Positions 36,384-49,520 are shown, counted from the whole stretch's first letter. The stretch: 63,746 nucleotides of DNA, filler included, from Salisapilia sapeloensis CBS 127946 (GCA_023334545.1; 19 parts of 19 records of this genome joined end to end with filler, not necessarily neighbours in it); one strand, 5' to 3'. The notes: generated by a model from the sequence alone, not told the origin. Translations and numbers: made by a program.

Positions 36384-37928
36384 NNNNNNNNNNNNNNNNN
36401 NNNNNNNNNNNNNNNNNNNNNNNNNNNTTAATTAATTAANNNNNNNNNNNNNNNNNNNNNNNNNNNNNNNNNNNNNNNNNNNNAAAGCAGCCATGCATAC
36501 CCCACAGAACTCACCCGCTCGACGGCCGAGTCAACTCAGTATCGAAAGACGTGGCATGTTCAATCCGGTGAAGACGGAGGAGTGATCACGGCTGGACATC
36601 GGCCGCCCATTCCGTCTCCGACTGACTGACAGCGAGGCTGAACTTAGAGAGCACTCTGTAACTTGCTAGCCATTTCGTGACTTCTCGTTTCCAACACCAG
36701 TGCAGTCGAAAGCGCTTCGCCTACATTCTACCAGTGTGCTGATCACGACGATAATGCCTCTGCTCGTCGGCGATGGCGGATGCGACGCTACCACCTCTTC
36801 GCCAAGACGAAGACTATCGAGCTACAACACGAGAGACCTAGGCCAGCGGTGGAAGGAGATGTCTAACATACGTAACTCTGTATACGTAACATGCAGTGGG
36901 ACAGAATGGACCGTGAGTCGTCTTAGCGTTGATCCGAGCGCAAGTCTCGCTGCCAATCACGAGATAGAGAGCGTCGCTATAGGACGCCAGCGGAGTGCTC
37001 TCAGTGAGCGGGTGCAATGACTTCCTTCCTGATCCCTACGGGGTATTTTGCTCCGAAAGATAAAAGCCTCTCGACGGCCGAACGGAACAATGCATGGCGC
37101 GCTTGTAAAACGTATGCGCTAGATGGAGTGCGAAGACGCTGCGACCTCTGCTTTCCAGGCGACCACCTCGTAGCCCTCGCGCAAGCCAACTGCCGAGCAC
37201 AGAGCTAACCGCTCGGTATATCAATGGCATGGACGCGAGTAACGATGCTCCTATACGAAGAGCAAGTGTCGCGGGCGGCAACGCCAGACAGCTACATCCA
37301 GCGCCTGAATGTGGAAGGCGCCTCGCGGAAAAGAAAGACCAGTGCCTCTCACTGCAGCAGCTCAAGCAACTCCCAGACCAACGTTCCATCTTCTATCCTA
37401 TCCTAGATGATTCCGATCGAAGCCAGCCGCCCGAGCTCCCACTGACCTCCGCACGCAGGTCTAAGTGGCACACTTTCGGCCAAATGCAGCGGGTACCGGA
37501 CTAATCTTATCGACAGATCTCTTTTCGTTCCATCATTCGAGCCTCTGTGTACTCCAGGACGTCGCACTGCCTGAACATCGACTCGTAGGCCGAAGCGGTG
37601 TCCCGAAATACATCTTACATGCCTGTCGCGTGTTGTCTGTTCCGTTCGTTTCTAGGTTGTACTTAGGTATTTAGCTAGATTGCACCGTCAGGCTGTTACT
37701 GGCCGACTCGCGACTCGTGCCTGCGAGCGTATCCGACGCTGCCAANNNNNNNNNNNNNNNNNNNNNNNNNNNNNNNNNNNNNNNNNNNNTTAATTAATTA
37801 ANNNNNNNNNNNNNNNNNNNNNNNNNNNNNNNNNNNNNNNNNNNNACACAACTTGCTGTTTGTGCATTGAATAAGTATTTACTCGAATAAACTTCCACGA
37901 CAAATAGTCCCTCCAAATACGCTAGGAG

Positions 37929-38700
37929 CTACACCCAGAAGTGCTGCACAGGAGCACCGGCATCCAGGTCCATGATGCCGACCAAGTCGATATAGTCGCT
38001 CGGCATGAACGGATGTGCGGACGACGCCCAGTGACTGTCCAGTGCAAAGGGCTCCACCTTTAGTAGCTGCTCCATCGCCACAGGTACGACCAGCATGTCT
38101 GTCTGTGTGGGTGACACCATGTTCTGCATTCCACTCGGGCCCATCTCCGCATTCGGGAACGTCAGCGTTTCCACGAACGACAAGGGTGTCGGGTCCACAG
38201 ACGACAGCTCCGTCTCGAACGATGTCGTCGTCCCCTGCTGCCGCTCGGTTACACTAGACCGACTCGCCTTCCTCTTGTTGCGACGCTTGCGCAAGCCTCG
38301 ACTCCGTCGACCGAACTTTTCACGTAGCTTCTGTGAGTGTGTCTACGTGAGCCTCTGTCAGTTTCATCCTCACGGCAACATCGTGCATAAAAGTACGAAC
38401 CATGGTCTGACGAGGCGACCGCGTGCCAATGTAGTCAGCAATCGCTTTCCACGGACCGGACGGATAGATCTCGAGCGCTTCGAGGAACTTTGCATGCTCC
38501 TCTTTCGTCCACACCTGGCCCTTGTTTTTGCCAGAATACGGCGAGATCCGCCGTTTCTGCGTGCTGTGGGACGTCGGGACGGACTCGACGAGCTCTTGCT
38601 GGACGCGGTTCGTGATCGTCATCTGAGTCTCGATGCGCAAGTGTTGGAATGTGCGCCAAACGAACACTCGACCAGGCCGGACCGACGCAGATGGCTGCAA
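37929..38700 (-). CDS. Single-repeat MYB transcription factor, SHAQKY class, one intron
   Basis: WTKEEHAKFLEALEIYPSGPWKAIADYIGTRSPRQTM|THSQKLREK across a GT-AG intron, followed by a basic NLS-like tract RGLRKRRNKRK. Confidence 0.88.
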
Positions 38701-39949
38701 TGACTGAAAATCCTGCGGTGGGTACAGGAGCGTCCGGCGATCGAAGACATCACGCGGGAGGTGTAACTGGTCAACGTATGATGACCGTCAGCGCGGGTGG
38801 ACGAGACAGCAATCATGAGATGCCTTCATTCTATGTCGTATCATTGATGAGCTGATGTGGATAACTTTGGTTTCCTATGCATCGGTTTCTTTCGTGCGCG
38901 CGATTGAAAATACCGTCACCTTCCACCCTCTCTATTCCTACGTTTCTATGGCGCAAAAGACCCGCCGGCTGTCGACACGTTTGGATGAAGGCATCGTTAC
39001 ACTCGGGCAGTAGTCAACATCACAGCGATGTCGCCGCAGTCACTTCAAGTCAGACGGTGACGTTTCTGAACGGAACGTCAGAATACTGCCTCGGCCTCCG
39101 CGTGCCGACGCCTTGCGCACTCGCACTCGACCGTCGTCCGGAGCTTTTCTGGCCCTCCGCCGTCGGCATCCAACACTCGACTCTGGACACGAACAAGTCA
39201 TCATCCGACGCGGGCTCGGGATCGAGACTGATNNNNNNNNNNNNNNNNNNNNNNNNNNNNNNNNNNNNNNNNNNNNTTAATTAATTAANNNNNNNNNNNN
39301 NNNNNNNNNNNNNNNNNNNNNNNNNNNNNNNNCCAAACCGGAAACAGTGAAGGCTGTAGCAACGTTGGGAAGAGCTTCGGCATTGCTCTTGGCCTCATTC
39401 CGGAAATCGGTGGAATCGTCAGTGCCACTGTCGCGATCCAGTGTCTGTTCGAATGAGCGATGCTGTCTGGTCTTCAGTGTGATCGCTCCTACTACAGAAC
39501 GAGAACGAGAACCCTTCTGCTGTGAGAAGAAAATTAAATTTTGATTGTCCGTTTGTCTTTAGCTTGAAGTTCTTTCTACTTGTACGGCAACCCAGGCCAG
39601 GCAAAGGTCTCGCAATGAATAATTGTCATGGTAATCTGGCTATCCTTCAAACCAAATGCAAATGCAAAAGAAAAGAAAAAGGAGAGCATGATTCTGCTTA
39701 AACAAAGCAACCATTGACAAGTTGGAATCAAGAAGTCGTCCTGCTGTCATGGACAATTAAAGGTCCTAGGTCGAGCTATTGCGGCGAGTCTAATCGTGTC
39801 GGAGGACATATTTTCTCGGGTATGGTTAGTTCAGTGGCCAAAGTGGGTACTCCAGCCGGAACATATTCCTTCTACTTGCTCGCATTCCATACCAACCGCA
39901 GCTTTACTTAGCCATTTAGGACAGCAACCTCGGCCTAATGGATCTCACG

Positions 39950-42900
39950 CATGGTTTCAACGCATTTAGAAGCTATGGCGGAAAGTCTTGAAAGTACGAC
40001 GGAATTGCGGCAAACATATCAAAGAATGTTACAGTAAGAAAACCGTACACAATACTTCAAGAGCCGAGACTTCCGTAAGTCTCTACAGCAAACACTTGGC
40101 AGGGCGGAATCGCCTATAGCGATTCGAAGTGCAATCATCACTGAGCCAAATGGGCAAACCCGATATAGCGAGAACCGCGCCGAAGTGACAGGAGAATTGT
40201 GTCGACTCCTGGATCAGTGGATTCCGCCCGATGAAACCACCGAACGTCCAGCTCATTAGGATACAAACATGCCGGATGACGCTCCGAGTGCTCCAAAGTT
40301 TGTTCGAGATTGGATTCTGCCGGATATCTCCCCTGGTGTGGCTCATAATTGTTTTCTGGAAAATGGGCACTCTTTATGGGATACGAATGAATACACTCCT
40401 GAGATGCAAGCAGAAGCTGATCGACTTTTAAAGAAACACGTCGCTCCTGGTTACGGTGACATATCCTAGGAAATGTGGGTTTCTGCTTCCATGACCATCC
40501 GTGAGTGGGAACGACGTATCATAAATCTGATTATCAAAGATGGCACCGTACCTCCCATATTGCTGCGAAAGCAAATGCTATTCTTGCCCAAAGCACCCGA
40601 ACTTGACCATACGCTGGACAATTCCAAAGGACTTCCCAAATGGCGCCCGATTACAGTCCAAAGCGCCCTGGCTAGCCGCGTATTTTTCTTCATCAAACGT
40701 TTTGTGGAACGTGATATCCCAAATCACGTGATGCAACACGGATTTCAACGAGCACGGTCTGTCCAGGATGTATCTCTCCTGACTTCTCTGTTGCTTGAGA
40801 AACCATGTCACGTTAAAGAGCCATTGTTTCTTACTAGTAAGGACTGCCTTAAGTGCTATGATCGCATTCCTGCGTGGCTGATGGATTTTATATACCGCAG
40901 ACTCGGTATTCCCGATGCAACACGGCAGCTCAAGGTCAACTTACTCGGTCCTGGTAAAATAGAAATCAGAACGGACTTTGGTTGAATTGATACCGGAACA
41001 CGAACATTTGGTATCGGACAAGGATCGATCTTATCCATCCTTCACATTTAATACTACATGGGTCTATTCAGGAACAGTTAGAGAAAGGACTTGATCCTGT
41101 GCGTGTTCAACACAATCAGATTGGTGGACAAATGCAGTATGCAAGTACACTATTTGTGGATGACCAACTTGATATTGCAACATCGTACGATGGACTCCAA
41201 GACAGAGCCGACGTGACGAATACCTTCACTGGAATGCACGGCAGTGGTGGGGTAGTTGGTGCTGAGAAATCCTTCATGATGTATTGTGGTACCTGACCAA
41301 CCCATTATGAGGCTATTCATCTCAACGATGGCCACGGTGTACCGCGTCTTATACAGGTAGTTGCGCCAAGCGAAGGATTTAAACATCTAGGCGTTATTCA
41401 AGCTGCAGAAAATAATTGGTCCAATACATTGTCACCGACATGGACATGTCTTGTAGCGGGTTCGACACGTATCAGATCGCTTGGTCTCCGGCTACCAGAG
41501 TTGCGGTATATTGTCAACCACATTTAAATTCCTCGGATGCGCTATCGATTAGTTTTAACTCCGACTTTAAATTTTGCTGACGAAGTCGATAAGTTCATTC
41601 GGCACACTGCACGACAGGTTCTGCGTCTGTCCTTCTGCACTCCGGTCTATCTGTACTACGATCAAACGGTCGGATTGGGTTTGCATAGCTGTGCAGATGA
41701 CGCAAATACGCACCGTCTTAATTTGCTACTCCGCATTATGAATACGCCAACGCTACCGGTCTACCATCTTCTTGCAGAAAGTATTGAGTACTACCAAATT
41801 CGTTCAGGAGTTGTTACCAACCCGTTCATCAATCCCGTTCGTCCTCCGGTTGCGGCTCGTATGTGGATCGCAAGTATCTTAAAAGAGACGACCCAGATAA
41901 ACCCACCACTCCAGATGAGCATTGAGTGGAATACCCCATCTTGTGTGCTCTCCTCATATGGAAACGACCGACCAGTACTGGACGCACTCCTGCTTGATAT
42001 GCAAGCAAGTCTAATAGCAGCTAACTGGGGAACTAGACAGAAGCTTCGGTATGTTGGCGATCTATGTGACGATATAGGGCGACGGCTCGTGCCTCTCGCT
42101 GTACTCTATGATAGGTATAGCTCGAACCAGCGACAGCGAAAAGTAATCGCTGTCCTCTATGATAAATGGAGTCAGTCGTTAGAATCTGCTCATTGCAACG
42201 AGTTCCTACATCCTGTCGGGTGTTGACCACTAACGCCAGGAATGCGTATGTTTCAGCATCGGATTGGAAATGGACAGTGGATTTTGGCAGCACAACTTGA
42301 TCTAGCCACAGATAGCCTAGAGCATCTTACACATGAAATCGGATATCGTTATGATAACGAGACACAGCAAGATGATTTCGGTGTTCAGGTGCGAATCTTT
42401 TGGTGGTATCAACGACGCCTTCGTAGCGATATATGGTATGAACGACGACATAACCGGGTTACATGGGAATACGAAGATATCTGTGTCTCGATAACTACGG
42501 TGTACCTGCCTCAACGTCCACGGCAGCAGTCGCGAGTTATTGTCTGGGAAGACACGACGATCGACGGTGTCAGAGGAGCTTCATCTCGTCGACTCTTGGA
42601 AGAGGCTCTTATGCATAGCAGATTGTGTTACCGTGCGATACTAGCGGATCATGCCATTCCGATCCAGCCAGGATCGTGCTATGTGTGCTGCCGGGTGCGA
42701 TATGCGGAATGGTGTCTACAATATGATCGATACCATCATCGGCAGTGTTTATCAGATACATGCACGGTTGTTCCCAGTCCCGCTGACATTACCCGCCAGG
42801 AACGAGAAGCTTGGCTGGTATACAATCATTGCACGTTGCCAACGGATCCATTCAGGTATTAAGTGGGTGACGTTAGTGTACTGCGAGCAAACACGTCAAC

Positions 42901-45350
42901 AGTCAGTGGATCGTGTCCATTAGTGCTAGAAGGACCAACAACGGTGTATGGGAGGCTCAATATTCATTGGGCAGATATTACATCGACTCGTTGTGAGCTA
43001 CATGCATTGATACTCGGACTTGTTTTAAGTGGCAAAGCGGGACTACAAATTTGTGATAACAAGGCTGCTTTAGCCTTATTTTCTAGCGCTCGACAACATC
43101 TCCAACAGCACTCGGCTAATCGAATACAATACAGTAACCCACATCGAATGGAAGTACGTACATTGATCAGCTATATGGATCAGGCAAACGGGCTTATAGG
43201 AGCCTGGGTCCAATCACATCAGGAGCATACCACGACACAAGATGACGAATTACGTGCTCAACGATACGCTCTTGCCACCGCCGATAGTGCGGCTAAGATT
43301 GCGCACACTCGTGAGATGCCAGATAGATATGCAGCAATGGTAGTTCTCGATAGATGGATAGTGGTGGACACTACCGGGGTGGGTGTAATGAGAGCAACGC
43401 TGCATTACCTTCTTTCGCGGTATGCTTCGAGCCGTTCGAGTCAAGAGCGTATCAGGCAACGTAACCTGGAAACACACAGGCAACGCTTACCGAACGATGC
43501 TTCGCCGATCGCCCAGATTTGCCGCTGGTCACCAGCACTGTGTCGTTTCTACTGGCGCGGTATGACTGACCAACTGCACACGAGTGTAGTTAAACACAGA
43601 TTTGACACGAGGTCGCCACCAATGTGCGTGTTCTGCAAGCAATCTGTACCAGATACACAAAGCCATCGGTTTGGCCTTACGGAACCCATTGGTGTTAATA
43701 GCCAAATTCCGACTCGACAACTTTCCAAAATGCAGTATGAATTAACAGAGGAGCTGTGGTTGCCGGACCAAGAGTACTTCGTGCCGTACGCTGGACACCA
43801 ATTGGCCTCGCACTGGAATGAACGTACGCGGCCTTTGTGGACGGATGATAGAAGTAGGCGGATGATATGGTACCAATTGATACAGATTACGCATGGTGTC
43901 TGGGTTCATGCTCAATGGTTGGACTGGATATGTCCGGAGCAGACACACCATGACCGTATCATTGTCCAAACGCACGTGCTTTAGGAACTCCGTCAACGCA
44001 AGTACGCTCCAGCTGGCAGGGACATCCCTATAAAGTTTATTATCGCGATTCAAGACCTATTGGACAACTCTGGGGAATGTACACTGGTCGTCTCTCCCAG
44101 TGGTTGCCAGGATGGAAAGCTGTCCGTTTTGTACCTAGAATTCCACACCAACTTTCCTTTATGCAAGCGCTAGGCGACTCCGAATCCTGTGTCAAGTGGT
44201 GGATTGATGATATCTATTAGCCCCATTCAGATGGATGGTGGGAAGATACGATCCAAGACATGAGTCAAGGCGTGCAGAGTGATAATCAAGGTGTATATTG
44301 GATTGCTACATACGCGCATTCGTACAGATATCGATCGCTTTCTGTATTGGATATTATGTGGGTACTACAAATCCCAGCAGGAACACTCCGTATGCGTACG
44401 GACGGATCTATATTCCAGTGACTTCTGGCACGCTTTCCGGAAGTCGTATCACGAAATCCGATCGATCTGTGTATTGGTTATGTGCTTACTGGAACAGAGG
44501 AACTCAATTATGCTTCTCGAACGTATCACACATGGCTGCCAATTCTCTCGGGAATAGACTGCATCAACTGGCTGACCTCGCCAGGGCAAGTTGACATGCT
44601 TGAGGTACCAGGACGGCTCCATCCGACCCTGACTCTGGATGAGCCACTTCCAATCACGATTCCGGGTCCTATATCACGCCAACTAATGTCTTTCCGAGAC
44701 CAACACGAAACGATATACGCGGCATCCAGTGGCTGGCTTAGGTTTCCTATTATGACTACTTCCAGTGAAAAATGGGCATGACAGCTATCAATGACATTGA
44801 AAGGTGCACAAACACTTCACCGCAGATATTATTCAAGACACTGGGAGACACTATTGTCTTATTAAACCGGCTCGTGCTCGCGACTGCGGATCGCTCTGGC
44901 CGAAAATAATCGTGGCGATTTACTAGATGATGTCAATCAAGGCATTTACGAGAGACGCGAAACCCATAGCAGACGTACTCTTAATCGACCTACGGCCATG
45001 TTGCACTCCAGGACAATCCGTCTTGAGCGTCAAACAAGCAGATGGCATCGTCGCCGTCTCTTCGCCATAGAAGAAGAGTGACTCCACCTAGCGTACATCG
45101 GCGGTTCACCGGGGACTCAGAACCGCCGGCGTGCTGCTATTTCTTTTTCTTAGCTTTCTATTTCGTTCATTCCTCTTAGTTTCGTTTCCGTTCGTTCTTT
45201 CGGGCTTGGACTGGGGTCTTGGCCCCAGTCCAAGCCCTGAGCTACTACCCCGTGTTTGCTTGTGTAAAGTAGATCCGGATGCGATGTTGCTGCTGTGTGC
45301 GACATTGGGTGTAGTTAGCTGACAAAACTAATACATTCATTCATTCATTT
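39950..45350 (+). mobile_element. Decayed non-LTR retrotransposon of a second type (RT, RNase H, CxxC knuckle, structured 3' UTR, (CATT)n tail)
   Basis: KWRPITVQS, QHGFQ, SKDCLKCYDRIP, GIGQGSILS, LFVDDQ; RNase H STRCELHAL / ICDNKAAL / WVQSH / ATADSAAK; CVFC...DTQSH; stop ~45080; two hairpins; (CATT)n at ~45333-45350. The 5' limit is approximate. Confidence 0.85.
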
Positions 45351-45905
45351 TCATCCGCTCCATCGTCTCAAAGTCAAACTCAAACCGTTTGAGATGGAAC
45401 ACTAGCGTGTGAGGCAGCTTCTTGACGCAAATGCGTTTGGAAGCAGAAACCTTGCGCTGCTCCGCTTCGCAAAAGTAGGCGTTCTCTCCATCCAGCTTTT
45501 CGCTCTCGACGTACGAAGCAAGTGAATCCTCCATACGCTGATGGTGAGCCATATCCAAGCTAAGCGCATAAAACTTTTCTTCGCGCTCAGACACATTACC
45601 TTGTTCAGTAATCACTTGTGTCACCAATTGTCCTCCAAAGCAGTCCGACAGAAACGTACTCGCTGAATTCGGACCGTCGTTGGCTTTGTTCGTGCACGTT
45701 TCCAACCGATCAAGTAGGAGACAAAAGAATTCGTCCGCGTCCATTTGGGTATGTAGATCCGTCTGATTGCCTTCCACATCCGTGTGAGATAGTGCAAACT
45801 CCGAAGGGTCATAGGCCCGATATGTCGTTAAAGCTAGTGAGACAAAGAGTTTCTGAAGCTGCTCCACTTCTTCCCTGGTGGTCCCTGACACATCCAGCTG
45901 CACGA
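45337..45905 (-). pseudogene. Ubiquitin-specific protease (USP9X/24/34-like) catalytic fragment, cut at the LINE tail
   Basis: QMDADEFF..LLDRLE, FGGQL, LDGENAYFC, KKLPHTL.FHLKRFEFDFETMERMK, then a premature stop within the (AATG)n tract before the His box. Confidence 0.85.
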
Positions 45906-46005
45906 NNNNNNNNNNNNNNNNNNNNNNNNNNNNNNNNNNNNNNNNNNNNTTAATTAATTAANNNNNNNNNNNNNNNNNNNNNNNNNNNNNNNNNNNNNNN
46001 NNNNN

Positions 46006-47356
46006 AGTTGGATGTGGTTCGATTCCTAGTCGAGAAGGAAGCAGATGTGAATGCTTCTACGAGGAATGGAGATACTCCTCTCATTTCAGCAGCTAAGCAA
46101 GGTTACTTGGATGTGGTTCGTTTTCTAGTGGATGCAATTGCCGATACAGAATGTTGTGACTGCAGCGGTACAACGGCATTATCGCACTTAATTTCGCGCG
46201 GAGAATATCCCGCAGCGAGGCACCTTTTGTTTTCCGGTGCACGAGTTATGCAGAAGAATCAGCAAGTCGAATTTAGTGAGGTGGAAAAGTTCGTACAGTT
46301 TGCTATTAAAAATGGAGATAAGAAACTCGTGCAAATTTTGCTCGAAGAAAGTTTCTGCTCAGAACCGTCGACTGAGCAATGGGGAAGCCTTCTCTACCAT
46401 GCTACAAAAGGCGGTGACGAAGGGATGGTATCACTTTTACTCCTCAAGTCGCCGTCACTAGAGAAGGTCAACAAGTTTCTTTTGCTGCACATATGCAAGG
46501 ATTACAGGATTGGTAAGCAACTTCTCAACAAGCGCTACCACTATGCAGAACGAGATAGTGATGGGCGCGATGCACTCATTCATCATGCACGAAAGGGAAA
46601 TGTTACTATGGTGCAACTATTACTAGAATGTAGTGCTCCAGTTAACAATATCGACTGGCGAGGACACACAGCACTCCATCTCTGTCGGAGTATGAAAATT
46701 GCACAACTACTTGTAGATGCTGGAGCGTCATTGGACGCTCGTGATGATCAAGGAAATACGCCATTGCTTTCCCTTAGCGGCGGTCGAACTACATATACTG
46801 ATGCTGCACACTTACACGAAGAAATTCCTCTGATTGTACATTTCTTACTGGAAAAAGGTGCGAACATGTCAGCACGAAATAACGAAGGACAGACCGCGCT
46901 ATCAAGGGTCATGACTTTACGCCCTCCAAATGCGGAGCAAATTGCCCAGCAACTTATTGAGCACAAGTGCCCAGTCAATGAGACTGATAAAGATGGTTTT
47001 ACAGCGTTGCACTTTGCGAGGACAGAGCCGTTAATTAATCTTCTGATTAAAAATGGTGCTGATCTGGAGGCTCAAACTAGCGAAGGGTGCACTCCTTTAC
47101 TTTATGCAGCTCAGAAAGGATGGCAAGATACTGCAAAATATCTGATTCAGCTTGGAGCAAATGCATGGGCAGAAAACACAAATGGAGAAAACATTGTTCA
47201 TTGCGCTGTGAAAGTGAACCAGCTCCGAACAGTCAAGTTCCTACTCGATCGTGGGATGTCTACAACAAGCAAAAATAAGCAGGGTTGCACGCCACTAGAC
47301 ATTGCTGCTGGCGAAAGCATGAAGAATCTTCTGCTTGCATCGGATAAAATAAGTCG
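46006..47356 (+). CDS. Ankyrin repeat protein, internal part (open at both gaps)
   Basis: About 10 canonical repeats (GDTPLISAAKQGYLDVVRFLV, GHTALH, GNTPL, GFTALH, GCTPLLYAA, GCTPLDIA); uninterrupted frame. Confidence 0.92.
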
Positions 47357-47876
47357 NNNNNNNNNNNNNNNNNNNNNNNNNNNNNNNNNNNNNNNNNNNN
47401 TTAATTAATTAANNNNNNNNNNNNNNNNNNNNNNNNNNNNNNNNNNNNNNNNNNNNGCTATAGAGATCTGGAGTCGATAACGTCGAAACGACGTCAGACC
47501 GTGCCGATCAGTTAGTCCTCTTCTATATTTCTATTGCAACCGTCTTTGTAACTTGCGACGGAAATGAAGCCAAGACTAAATGACAAAAAGGGAGTAACTA
47601 TTAGTATATTTTCTAGATTACTGGTAATTCAGCCTTTACGGACCCAGTGGAAACCTGAAGCTGAGGTTTAATCGATAAACAAACTCTTTGTCACAAAAAA
47701 GGAAATCTGGAGCCAGGATCGCCCATGAGTGGTGTCTATACTAGTCAAAGTCGCAAATGCGGGCGGGTCCGAATGGACTCCAAAGGATTTAAGATTTAAA
47801 TAAAGCGCCTTGAAATAAGAAAGGAAACCTGGAGCCAACGTGCTTTAGCGCTTATAGTATCGTGGATTAATATAAA

Positions 47877-48056
47877 AGGGGGTCCAAAGTAATAAAATTG
47901 GACAAAATTTATGCGTCATATGTGTTCGAGATGATCACCACCAACCTGCATAAATATCGGACTTTAATTTAAATCAGCTACCTCTGGAGGTAGCTGATAT
48001 GTAAATATCGAATGCTGATTATTTTATAGGACGATAAATATAAGAATCGAACCACT
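47877..48056. mobile_element. Diverged MITE copy
   Basis: AGGGGGTCCAAAGTAATAAAATTGGACAAAATTTATGCGTCATATGTGTTCGAGATGATCACCACCAACCTGCATAAATATCGGACTTTAA closely matches 15935-16025. Confidence 0.7.
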
Positions 48057-48446
48057 AAAAGGTCAGTGCTCAAGACATGAATTTATAAGACAGGTTTTGA
48101 CAGCTTTGACACCTCTTGATAGGTAATCTGATGGAGTAGTCGATCAAGGATGAAGCTAGAGATAGTGATCATATTTTGTTCATGAAGACTGAATTGTAGT
48201 AGAGCGAGGATGTTGCAGTTTAGCCTAGTTCCAATGCTATTGATCACTTGACAGAAAACCTATGGGTGGTACCGTCACGGAGGACGAAGACGCCACACCG
48301 TGACGCTGTGAGAGCATGGATACAACAAGACCAGCCCATATTATCACTTCATGGTGAATCGCAAACTCAACACAGGCTACTGTCAATTAATGCAACTGTT
48401 AGCTCGACGAAACCTCAATTTAAGCATTTGGCTTCTTCTCTTATCC

Positions 48447-48819
48447 TCAAGTAGTCGAATCATCCTGTCGGAGTCGCAATTCAGTCATCTTTAGCCAAGC
48501 CAGCTGTCGATCACGCTCTTGATTGTTGAGTGAAAGTTCCGAAATGCTACCTCTCCACACATTTTCAATAATCGTATCCAATTCACCTTCACCATCCCGG
48601 TGATCTTGCACGAAAGCGTTTTCATCTGACGGCCTCCTTTTCGATTTCAAAGCCGGTGAATTATCATTCGACGAAGTGAACTGAGCAAATGCGCTGAGTG
48701 AACCTTCGGTTGAAGGACTAAATTGATCCGAGTCAAACTCGTAGACTTCGCCAGCGCAGGATTCTCTACCGGACCAGGCATTCGATTCTTCTGTCAGTTG
48801 AGAGATTCTGGATGGCTCA
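48447..48819 (-). CDS. C-terminus of the multicopy family (copy C2)
   Basis: ERDRQLAWLKMTELRLRQDDSTT*; paralogous to 9789 and 49521. Confidence 0.7.
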
Positions 48820-48919
48820 NNNNNNNNNNNNNNNNNNNNNNNNNNNNNNNNNNNNNNNNNNNNTTAATTAATTAANNNNNNNNNNNNNNNNNNNNNNNNN
48901 NNNNNNNNNNNNNNNNNNN

Positions 48920-49075
48920 ACAATCTCCTTAATCTTCATCTTAGTATGGAAAGGTCTAACGACCATTCACATTCCTTGTACCTTTGTATTTGCATCACAT
49001 GCTCTAACACAAGGACCCACTTCAAGATCCGGAATGTTACCCCAGCTTGGATACATTCATGTAACTTCCCGTTAC
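48920..49075 (-). repeat. Second copy of the LINE ORF1-like fragment at 26112
   Basis: Near-identical to 26112-~26268 (starts CAATCTCCTTAATCTTCATCTTAGTATGG). Confidence 0.8.
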
Positions 49076-49520
49076 ATGGAGGGAACTGCGAATTTTAATA
49101 CGAACTATCTCTTTCGCATCGGTATCTGCACCGCATGTCCTAGTAGCATCGTCTAACCCCAAGTGTACTTATAAATATCGACGAAATAGCTGGGTTTATT
49201 TTCGCCCAGAGTGTACGTTGCAAATTTGTACCTGCATTTGGGGTCTATTCATCCAATAAAGCGACAATAAGAGTTTCTGTATGGGTTTCGAGATCCATTT
49301 AAGATCGTGTTATCTCTTATTTCGTGCAATTTGGTTTGGAGCTCCTCTAGCCTAGACGGGTTCAAATTTGTTGGAAAATGCCCTAAGAAAGAAGCAAATC
49401 GGGATTTGACAAATGTATCTTCAACTGAGTATACTTCCGAAAATTTACATGGAAAATTAAGGTCGAATCATGCTACAACTTCTCAGGATAAAGCCTCACA
49501 TTCAAAAAAATTCCAGTGAA

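Noticed and set aside
39333-39560. Minus-strand open frame as the missing USP 3' half
   Set aside because: No His-box or other USP motif in translation.
47659-47840. Three loose GGAAA(C/T)CTG(G/A)AGC motifs
   Set aside because: Short, irregularly spaced and degenerate; not an array.
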